DNA from: Octopus sinensis
Taxonomy: Eukaryota
DNA: 8,419 bases
Assembly (NCBI RefSeq): GCF_006345805.1
Contig: NW_021828454.1
Coordinates: 1 to 8,419, forward strand
Reading direction: 5' to 3'
The notes under the pieces: model-generated
The model's database searches: none
What the model was told of the DNA's origin: nothing
The model's input: only the letters and a program-made list of their open reading frames with translations
Program-made: the position numbers and the translations under genes
In this document: one piece after another, positions 1 to 7,679 of the stretch
Layout of the letters: each line of letters starts with the position of its first letter
Numbering within the stretch: position 1 is the stretch's first letter

Positions 1-471
1 TTCGATACCATTTGCTCTTTGCATTTATACGAGGCGTTAAGTGCCGCTGGAGCTGCTCCTGGGATTTGTGCTCTGTATAGAGAAGGAGGCAATGTCTCAA
101 AGTACCGCCCGTCGTTGGTTTTCGCACTTCAAAAATGGGAATTTTGACCTCAATGACGGATCACACACCGGTCAACTGAATTCGATGAAGAGCGATCGAA
201 TCAACTTTTTCACGAAATCCACGTCAAACGACCAGAGAATTAGCGAAGCAGATGGATTGTGATAAAAAAAAAAACTGTGGTGAACTACCTCCACTAAATG
301 GGCAGGGTTCAGAAACTCAGCGCTAGGGTGTCACACACCTTGAGCGAAAACAACAAAAGTCAACGCTCTACAATCGCCGCCAGTTTGCTCGCTCGACATC
401 GCTCAACGCATGGTCACAAACAGCGTTTTCTTTACCGCGTTGTCACTAGCGATGAAAAATGGTGCCTTTAC
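1..471 (+). mobile_element. Truncated, frameshifted mariner (Tc1/mariner, DD34D-type) transposase fragment covering the N-terminal HTH region to the first catalytic Asp; begins upstream of the window
   Basis: Stitching frames gives RYHLLFAFIRGVK/AAGAAPGICALY/AMSQSTARRWFSHFKNGNFDLND/EFDEERSNQLFHE/PRQTTRELAKQMDC/TVVNYLH*MGRVQKLSARVSHTLSENNKSQRSTIAASLLARHRSTHGHKQRFLYRVVTSDEKWCLY. RVSHTL is a degenerate WVPHxL, and SDEKW matches the mariner (T/S)GDEKW motif. Homology stops abruptly after WCLY (471). It is collinear with the copy at 8236-8409. Confidence 0.93.
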
Positions 472-828
472 GCGCAAAAAAAACAGGTTACAGAGAAAGA
501 AGTTCAAGGGTGCTCGAAACAAAAATTACTAACCATAAAATGAATGAGCCACAGTAAAAATCTGAGATGAACATGAAAAAACAAAATGGCCCATGCTTCT
601 TTCCAATGAACATAAACAAATATTCTGCACCACAACAGTAAAAAGAAATAAAAAAGAGTGCAGTTGAAAGAAAAAGCAGTTAGTGCATATTTCAAGCGAA
701 AAATAGCAAATCATGAGGTGAACTACTGACAAGTTTATAGCATTTCAGTTCAACGATTATTTCTATTCAGGCCAAGAACGAAAGATCCCGTTTAAGTACC
801 CTGACTAACAAACATTTACTAACAAAAT

Positions 829-1172
829 ATAACTTAGATTTTGTTTTTGGATTTGGTTTGTAAGATTCTTTATATGAGTTCGTGTGTTGAAGCATATTCT
901 GTTGTGTCTGGGGAGAGTCATTTTCTTTTTGTGCCTTATAATGTAACACACGCACCGGTAAAATTTCCACTTGTTTAATTTTTTTTTCCTAAAATTTTCG
1001 TTGCGTCTTGCAACCTTTTCAAGAGTCAAGACAGGCAGAAAAGGTTGCAAGACGCAACGAAAATTTTAGGAAAATAAAAATAAGAAATAAGCGGACATTT
1101 TACCGGTGAGTGGACGTTATAAGGCACAAAAAGAAAATGACTCTCCCCAGACACAACAGAATAACTTAGATT
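829..1172. repeat. Exact 12-bp direct repeat ATAACTTAGATT (829-840 and 1161-1172) bracketing the foldback; possible target-site duplication
   Basis: The two copies are identical and their flanking bases differ on both sides. The second copy starts at the outer end of the right foldback arm. Confidence 0.75.
895..1163. repeat. Long inverted repeat (foldback): 126-bp arms 895-1020 and 1038-1163 with a 17-bp spacer
   Basis: The reverse complement of 1038-1163 matches 895-1020. The outer 47 bp (895-941) and inner 37 bp (984-1020) are perfect, and the middle ~42 bp carries roughly ten substitutions/indels. Confidence 0.97.
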
Positions 1173-1459
1173 ACTATCCACAGCATTGTCACTGTAAGCT
1201 AATGTTCTCAATATACAACATCCCCACAAGACATGATGTATCATAAGCATTCTGAAATGAAATAAGAAATAAAGAAAAGAAAATAATGAATAAGCATTGA
1301 GGTCATGGGACCGAGAGAATGTTTATAGAAGTCACATATACAGGGTGTCCCAGAAAGATTTACCCATTGATGTTTCTTAATTACTCAAAACGAACTTAAG
1401 GTAGGATAAAGAAATTTGGCACACACGTTCTAATGTAAATTGTCAATCCATTACAGTAG

Positions 1460-2495
1460 TTACATTTCAAAATGACCATCTTTCACCTTGATCATAACCT
1501 GCAAACGAGTGGTCACAAAGCTGCATGAGCGCTGTATCATTTCATCCAATTTGACCCATGAAGACAGAAGGGCTTTCTTCAGATCTGACCCATTTGAATA
1601 AGAGCAAGCAGAAACATTACTCTCTAAGATGGACCAGATAACAAAATCTATGGAATTGATGCCTGAACTTGAGGGAGGCCATATTGTCTTGTCCCAAAAA
1701 CCGCTGAAATGCTCTTTGCACCACTCCTGTGTCAAATTGGATGCATGGGGCTTGAGTGAAGATGCAACGGCCACCAAATGTTTCTGTGACCCAGGGTAAC
1801 ACTTTTTCATCCAACATTTCCACACAAACTTTACTGTTGACCTTGGCACCAGCATCGATGAAGATCAAGAGAAACTTGGACCCATCAGATGCAACTGCGG
1901 CCCACACCATGATTAAAGCTGGCTTCTGACGGCGTGACTCCTGCTACCTTCGGGCAAATTTCTTGCATTACGTGCATAAAAGCTGTCATTTTGCCTGGTG
2001 GTAACTGCCTCCACGGTGAATATTTTCTCGTTGGACCAGATCAACACTTTGTTGGCGCGCTTCTGCTCAGCTAACATGGTTTTACCCCTGTCGAGCCGTT
2101 TCTTCTTGGAAGCTGCTGAAATTAACTACCAGGATTGTTTCTTGTATGCAGTTAGCTTTAAATCCTCTTTAAAATCTTGTTCATCGACGATCTCGAAATA
2201 TCAAGAGCTTTTACAGTTTCTCCTGCACTTCGGCGGGAATTTTGGTTCATTCGCTTCTTCACAGCTTCAACAGTTTGTTTGATACGAAATTATTGTTTTC
2301 TACCAGGGATTGGCTTGCTAGAGGTAGTAGCGGACTTCATATATCGTTTTCAGGTGTTGAACACTGTTTTACGGCACATATTCATCTGTTTTGTTATGTC
2401 CTTGTTGCTCAATTCATCTGTTTTGTTATGTCCTTGTTGCTCAATCCATCTGTTTTCAAAGCGACAATCTGGTCACGTTTTGCTTTCGATACCAT
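1460..2495 (-). pseudogene. maT (DD37D-like) transposase pseudogene
   Basis: From ATG at 2495: MVSKAKRDQIVALKTDGLSNKDITKQMN..CRKTVFNT*KRY..ILKEDLKLTAYKKQ..VLIWSNEKIFTVEAV..MVWAAVASDG..IFTQ/..SNLTQEWCKEHFSGFWDKTIWPPSSSGINSIDFVIWSILE..KDGHFEM*. Stops lie at 2350-2352, 2290-2292 and 2126-2128. The first catalytic D is now N (WSNEK, 2030-2032), the QDGAP motif is deleted with a frameshift near 1750, and there is a 32-bp frameshifting duplication. The D37D spacing is inferred by restoring QDGAPAHTS. Confidence 0.92.
2381..2444. repeat. Perfect 32-bp tandem duplication TTCATCTGTTTTGTTATGTCCTTGTTGCTCAA x2 inside the maT transposase 5' region
   Basis: 2381-2412 is identical to 2413-2444, followed by TCCATCTGTTTT (2445-2456), a near-copy of the unit start. 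Confidence 0.97.
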
Positions 2496-3228
2496 GTTTG
2501 TTTATAAACCTGTTATAGACGAACGAAACAATAGACACATGAACAAAGGACATATGTAAATTTTTATGTAAAATGTAGCTAATATTACCGGAACTGATAT
2601 TCTTTAGGAAAAGTTTTAAACATGGATAAATCTTTCTGGGACACCCTGTAAAAGCAGCAACTAAATTAAAACAGAAGCGAGTATATTTAGGGTCATGCGA
2701 TAAAATGGTGCCTTGTCTAAAATCTACTAGAATGAGATAAAAAAAAGGATATTAAAATGAAGACATTTATGGGTTATTAGCGAAGCATTTACAAATCTAG
2801 TACCCAATATAAATTTTCAGCTTCATGCTGGAGCAACACGCTTCATCCCATCCCACCTAGATAAAAACATGGCTGAACTTCTTGGGCTTCCAGAGAAAGA
2901 AAGTAGATGTATAATTTATAAGCTGTAGATGATTATTAAAATGTGCGGTAAAAAAAAGAGAAGAAAACGCAAATTGTGCTAAGTTCTTCACTGGGGAACT
3001 CCGTTCTATTTTCAACAAGAAACTCCTTGAATACTCGTCAGTCAAGATACCAAGATCGTCTTGAAGAGGATTATAATATCGTGACCAACAAACATTAGTT
3101 GAAGAGTGAATTGTTGTGCAAAGGATACTGGAATGAACAAAACATTTCTTTTTTCATTTCTTCCTTTACAACTTTGTTAGCAGTCAGACAACCAACTCAA
3201 ACAAACAGAAAATCAGTCAAGAGAAAAA

Positions 3229-3400
3229 TACATACATACATACATACATACATACATACATACATACATACATACATACATACATACAGACGCACGTACG
3301 TACATACGTTTTTATGTATGTATGTATGTATGTATGTATGTATGTATGCATGTATGTATGTATGTATGTATGTATGTATGTATGTATGTATGCATGCATG
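3229..3400. repeat. Head-to-head complementary microsatellites: (TACA)15 at 3229-3288, 24-bp spacer, then 22 units of (TATG) at 3313-3400 (three are CATG)
   Basis: Read directly. (TACA)n and (TATG)n are reverse complements of each other. Confidence 0.98.
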
Positions 3401-4361
3401 TATATTTGTATATGTTTAGTGATTTCATTGACCAACCAATCGATTAACAAAAATCAGTTTGATTGAATATAGATTCAAGAGTTAATAGATAGATAAGAGG
3501 ATAGATATTTTGACGCGCGGGTGGGTAGAGACATTGATTGGTAAATACATTCGTTAATTGATTGCTTGTTTGGTTGGTTAGGTGAATACTAGCTAAACAG
3601 ACAACCAACAGATAGATGGGATCGTATATAATTTTAAAAAATGAGGTATAAGAAAAATATTGAGTATAAGAAAAATTGTGTTTGAGAAAACTGAAATACG
3701 TTTTTCTTTAAATACAAGTACGCTCCCGTACATTTTGCCTTGGGGCTTTCTATCATTGCTTTGGTCAAGTACAATAAAGACTTTTATGAGATCAGAACAA
3801 GCCCGAAACATGTCCAGAGTTCACCTTTGTATTTACCGAAAAATCGTAAACATTTGTTCATTCTTTGACGAACATTGATTTTTCTCGCCGAATGAATATT
3901 TTTCTAGCTAGTTTTGCCATGACCTCTGCATTAAGTATATTACTAAAAATCAATATATTTAACGTTGATTTTTTTCTTATATAAACTTTTTTTTTACAAT
4001 TGCCAGTAGACAACTCATGGCTAGTTTGTAAGGCTTGTTACACTTAGACCAGTCCTTCGAAAGATTCTATTTTTACAGTGTTGTTTAAATGTCATCGGTC
4101 GGTTAGAATATATGAGCCTTTTATAAACATGTGAAGTTAGGATATTCTATAAAGTTTTAGTTCTACCGCTTAGGCAAGTAATTTTGTTGAAATATAGGTG
4201 ATCCAGAAAGATTGCTTGCCGAATATGGATGAGTTCTTTTGATAGGTTCCTTTATTCTATCTTCATGTATCTAGCCTGGAGGTTTGGAAATTGCCAAAAT
4301 TTCAGTAAATACTTGTGAAAGTGACCGCATATTCCAAAAATTTTGAATGTGAATTTAAGTA

Positions 4362-4883
4362 CTGTAAGTCCTCGAGTATAGTCCGTCCTTGTGTATAATA
4401 CGCAAGGGATTTTTAGGGGACTGTACCTATGAAAAAACCTAAACCTTGTGTATAATACGCACCCCTTCTCTAACTTGAGTCAAGGAGGTTTATATAACGT
4501 CCTTGGTTTGTAAAAATGTATACGGTAACGTCCTTTATTATTATTGCATATATAACATAATACAAACGTGTAGATTTTTTGTGCATTTTGTTTGCAGAAA
4601 ATAAAGAAGTAACAGTAATAACAGTAATAACGTTTAATAAATGTTGCTTACTGCAAGTTATGGATGGTTCTTTTATGACTTCATTGTTTTCAGGCTTAAC
4701 TTAAGGTATTTTCGCGCCTGACATCACAAAATGCGTCTGAATAAACATTGCCGGACAGCAAATAGAGATTCGGACATTGCTTAGAAAATGATTTTCATTT
4801 TTAACCTCGTATATAGTACGCACTAGGGATTTTGACCTTTAAATTTTGGGTGGAAAATGCGGATTATACTCGAGGATTTACGG
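4362..4883. mobile_element. 522-bp non-autonomous TIR element (MITE), Tc2/pogo-like
   Basis: 24-bp TIRs CTGTAAGTCCTCGAGTATAGTCCG (4362-4385) and CGGATTATACTCGAGGATTTACGG (4860-4883), 21/24 match. TA duplications lie at 4360-4361 and 4884-4885. The CCGTA-type end resembles Tc2/pogo-group TIRs. No coding capacity is evident. Confidence 0.88.
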
Positions 4884-5465
4884 TACTTAGATGAGCTGTT
4901 ATACTGCCTTTTCTACGATGTGTACCTAACAGCACCTCGTACTATTATTCTACTGTTTTGTTCTTAAATGTTCCATTTGACATCATATTTAATACTTTTT
5001 CTCTTTAAACATCAAACGTAGTTAAACAGTGACGTTGTTACCTTCTTGCACTTATTTCTGAAGTAAGCAGTATGGTTATGGCTATCACTGATTAAGTTTT
5101 CCTTTTACGGTGGCTCAGGTGCTTTTGGTGTTTGTAGTTCTATCTGCGTTGGTGGAATTAACTTCAAATTCGTCTATCACTACCTAGATTTTTCAATATA
5201 CATATATATGTAGGCAGACCTTTTTATCTCAAAACGTGCGTTTTTCTTACGTAAGTTTTGTTGGTATATGCGTTATTGTACTTTTCATATTTGAAGTACC
5301 ACTATAGGTCACTTTCAAATTGCTTCTGCTGAAGATTCTCACGTAGCAGAACTAACAGGGGAACTTATTGACTATTAGGGTTAGGAATTTTCTTAGCTAT
5401 AATTTTACATTGTGAAGGTGCGAACCAGTTTGCATTTCGTGGAGGGGCTATTCTTAGATATGAGG

Positions 5466-5471
<6 letters not shown>

Positions 5472-5497
<26 letters not shown>
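5472..5497. repeat. (TG)13 microsatellite
   Basis: Read directly. Confidence 0.98.
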
Positions 5498-5498
<1 letters not shown>

Positions 5499-5857
5499 AA
5501 AGCCTCTAATATTGCCTTTCAAGCTAAATGGATATTTAAATAAAAGGTTACTCCATCAAAGATCTCTGCTAGAAGAGCAGTTCGCGATCCTTCTAATAAC
5601 ATATTTTGTGTGGGTGTGTAATCTTTATACAGATCCTCTTCTTCCCCCAAGAAACATTACAATTTGATTATAACTTGATTTGGACATCTCGATAGACTAA
5701 TCTCCTCGGTGCAATATTAGTCATCATTAAATGCTGTTATCTTTGCTAACCATCGAAACTAATAAACTCTTCTCGAGTGCATTTCTGAAGTCAACGAAAC
5801 AAACCGACAACATTTATCATCATTACAAGCCATTTCTGCAATAAATTAGATAATGTC

Positions 5858-6064
5858 TATACATACATAGATACATAGATAGATATGTACATACATAAAC
5901 ACACATACATACATATATAAACATATATACATACATGCGTGTATATATATTACGTATGTATGTATGTATGTATGTATGTATGTATGTATGTATGTATGTA
6001 TGTATGTATGCATGTATGTATGTATGATGTATGTATATGCATATATATATGTAAATATATGTAA

Positions 6065-6136
<72 letters not shown>

Positions 6137-6140
6137 AATA
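5858..6140. repeat. Compound microsatellite: degenerate (TACA/TAGA)n ~5858-5936, (TATG)n ~5955-6034, (TA)n ~6035-6140
   Basis: Read directly. Confidence 0.95.
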
Positions 6141-6155
6141 TAGCTTTATATTATA

Positions 6156-6521
6156 CTAGCAGTATCGCCCGGCGTTGCTCGGGGTTTGTAAGGAAATAAC
6201 TATAAAGCATTTTTAGATAGTTATAGTCAAAATATGGGGGAAAAATGATGGTAAATTTTTTGAGAGTTAAAAAGGTGGAGTTGCGTCCCCTAGACAGTCT
6301 GTGGTTTGTGTTTCTGATTATCGACCCCATGTCGAATTTATCGATTTTTTTCAGAAATGGGGAACTTTTCAATTTTCGCTGCGTTAGTTTTGAATTATGA
6401 CATTGGGCTATGTGTGTGTCAAGTTTCATCAGAATCGGTTGAAAGCCGTGGTCAGAGTGAGGGTACAACCAAACAGACACACAGAAACACACACAGACAA
6501 ACTGCCGTTTATATAGAGAGA
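6156..6521 (-). mobile_element. 366-bp non-autonomous Helitron (rolling-circle element)
   Basis: On the - strand it begins A|TCTCTCTATATAAACGG (5' TC at 6521) and ends with the GC-rich hairpin CCCGAGCAACGCCGGG (6183-6168), 8 nt, then CTAG|T (6159-6156). It is inserted between A and T with no TSD. It has a (GTCT/GT)n tract near the 5' end and a GTCAAGTTTCATCAGAATCGG segment like those seen in small invertebrate Helitrons. Confidence 0.88.
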
Positions 6522-6558
6522 GATATTATATATATATATAATATGTTTATGTATTATG

Positions 6559-6589
<31 letters not shown>

Positions 6590-6598
6590 GTACGTATG

Positions 6599-6629
<31 letters not shown>

Positions 6630-6845
6630 GTATGTATGTATGTATGTGTGAATGTATGTATGTATGTATGTATGTATGTATGTATGTATGTATATAAATA
6701 CAAACAAATATGCAAACAGACAACGTAGATAAAGAATATATGTTATATATTATGTACATATATATATGTACATAATATATAATATATATTCATATATATA
6801 ATAAATATATATATATATTATGTACATATATATATAATCTAAATA
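6522..6845. repeat. Compound (TA)n / (TATG)n (~6555-6690) / TA-rich microsatellite block
   Basis: Read directly. Confidence 0.95.
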
Positions 6846-6922
6846 ATATTGTTAGCCTGATTTGTCAACAGAGAGCTTATGAAGTATTTTGCCCGGATTG
6901 ATAATCCTTCACTATTAGCCAT

Positions 6923-6948
6923 ACACACACACACACCACACACACACA

Positions 6949-6993
<45 letters not shown>

Positions 6994-6999
6994 ACACAC
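6923..6999. repeat. Interrupted (CA)n microsatellite, followed by degenerate TA/TCTA repeats to ~7120
   Basis: Read directly. Confidence 0.97.
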
Positions 7000-7252
7000 G
7001 CATATGCTACATATATGTACGTATATGGATATATATGCATAGACATATTTACATACATACTATTTGTCTATTTATTTATCTATCTATGTACTCGTATCTA
7101 CCTATCGATAATATATAAACATTTTCTCTGCGATTATTGGGTAAACGTGCCGAATTTTACACTTCTGTAAACAATAATAACGGAAAAGTTTGTTTATTCA
7201 AAACAACACTATGAAAGTATAGTTCTAAAAATCTGAGAGGACAATGCAAAGG

Positions 7253-7324
7253 TGTATGTTAGTGTAATGGTTAGCACGCTTATCGCGAATACATAGATAT
7301 GAAGGTTCAACTCACATGCTTACA
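7253..7324 (+). pseudogene. Degenerate tRNA-like sequence (tRNA pseudogene or SINE head)
   Basis: 72 nt in canonical tRNA register. Acceptor stem TGTATGT/GCTTACA pairs 6/7 (one G-U), D-stem GTGT/GCAC pairs 4/4 (one G-U). A-box-like TAGTGTAATGG at 7260-7270, B-box-like GGTTCAACTC at 7304-7313, and T7 at 7336-7342. The anticodon and T stems pair only 2/5 each. Confidence 0.62.
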
Positions 7325-7450
7325 GCAAACCCTACTTTTTTTCCACCCCCGTCGAGGGCTTATATGCCCCAGTATTAGACTATTTACCTTAGTCAATGCA
7401 CGGTGATCGCTTATAAGTTTTAAGTTTATAAATATTATTATTATTTACAG

Positions 7451-7469
7451 ATATATATATATATATATA
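7451..7469. repeat. (AT)n microsatellite abutting the putative Penelope-like fragment
   Basis: Read directly. Confidence 0.95.
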
Positions 7470-7470
7470 A

Positions 7471-7677
7471 AGTTAATCCAAAACAAGAAAGCACAAAAAA
7501 ACACAACAACGCGAGGACGTGGAACAAATATAGTATTATTGGACGCTCAGGAAAGAAGGAAAAAAGGAGGGTTTAACGTTTCGAGCGGAGCTCTTCGTCG
7601 GAAACATAGGAGAAGGAAAGATCCAGAGAAGGGAAGACAGAGGGAAAAAAATCGCCAACGGTACACACGAGGTCACA
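7471..7677 (-). mobile_element. Putative Penelope-like element terminal (pLTR) or retrozyme-like fragment
   Basis: Contains a minimal hammerhead motif of the type known from Penelope-like elements. On the - strand it runs into a (TA)n tract. The other side is cut by the mariner end at TA 7678-7679. Boundaries are inferred and no RT/GIY-YIG coding sequence is seen. Confidence 0.55.
7571..7605 (-). ncRNA. Minimal type I hammerhead ribozyme-like motif (variant core)
   Basis: The - strand reads GUUU-CCGACGA-A-GAGC(UCC)GCUC-GAAA-CG-UU-AAAC. Helix I is GUUU/AAAC, helix II is GAGC/GCUC, the core is C(C)GACGA plus GAAA, helix III is the palindrome ACGU, and the NUH site is GUU. Confidence 0.7.
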
Positions 7678-7679
7678 TA

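Larger units (their letters stand above)
1341..2648 (-). mobile_element. Full-length (1308 bp) maT / DD37D-type (mori group) Tc1/mariner transposon, inactivated
   Basis: 27-bp TIRs CAGGGTGTCCCAGAAAGATTTA(C/T)CCAT at 1341-1367 and 2622-2648 (26/27 match), TA duplications at 1339-1340 and 2649-2650, and an internal transposase pseudogene on the - strand. Confidence 0.95.

Noticed and set aside
527-823. Two TACTAAC branch-point-like heptamers (527-533, 817-823)
   Set aside because: No supported downstream exon, and such heptamers are expected in AT-rich DNA.
504-1250. Several 60-80 aa ORFs on the - strand
   Set aside because: No recognisable motifs. They overlap each other and the foldback and are the size expected by chance.
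1-2495. Shared TTCGATACCAT at 1-11 and at 2485-2495, the maT start codon region
   Set aside because: The two occurrences are on opposite coding strands of unrelated transposases and the match does not extend, so it is coincidence.
1998-2559. + strand ORFs of 94-113 aa and the 127-aa ORF at 7921-8304
   Set aside because: They are antisense shadows of the maT and mariner transposase pseudogenes.
2811-2930. Possible exon after TTTTCAG encoding LHAGATRFIPSHLDKNMAELLGLPEKE
   Set aside because: The acceptor is plausible but the only nearby donor (GTAGAT) is weak and I do not recognise the peptide. tblastx or RNA-seq would be needed.
3099-3450. ORFs rich in YIHT / MYVC repeats (also 6357-6759 and 6879-7118)
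   Set aside because: They are translations of (TACA)n, (TATG)n and (CA)n microsatellites, which lack stop codons in some frames.
3642-3676. Degenerate 18-bp tandem repeat containing GTATAAGAAAAAT, and a 12-mer CAGACAACCAAC at 3185 and 3598
   Set aside because: Short, low-complexity slippage products within degenerate tetranucleotide repeats, with no sign of an element.
3775-3820. GAAA-CATG-TC after TTTATGAG, resembling a second minimal hammerhead
   Set aside because: There is no CUGANGA core, and neither helix II nor helix I can pair.
5500-5850. Protein-like stretch on the - strand (LGEEEDLYKDYTPTQNMLLEGSRTALLAEIFDG)
   Set aside because: It is bounded by stops with no convincing acceptor, and no family is recognised.
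6370-6432. CTGATGA ... GAAA on the - strand inside the Helitron
   Set aside because: No helix II pairing between the motifs and no helix I/III. The CTGATGA is part of ordinary Helitron internal sequence.
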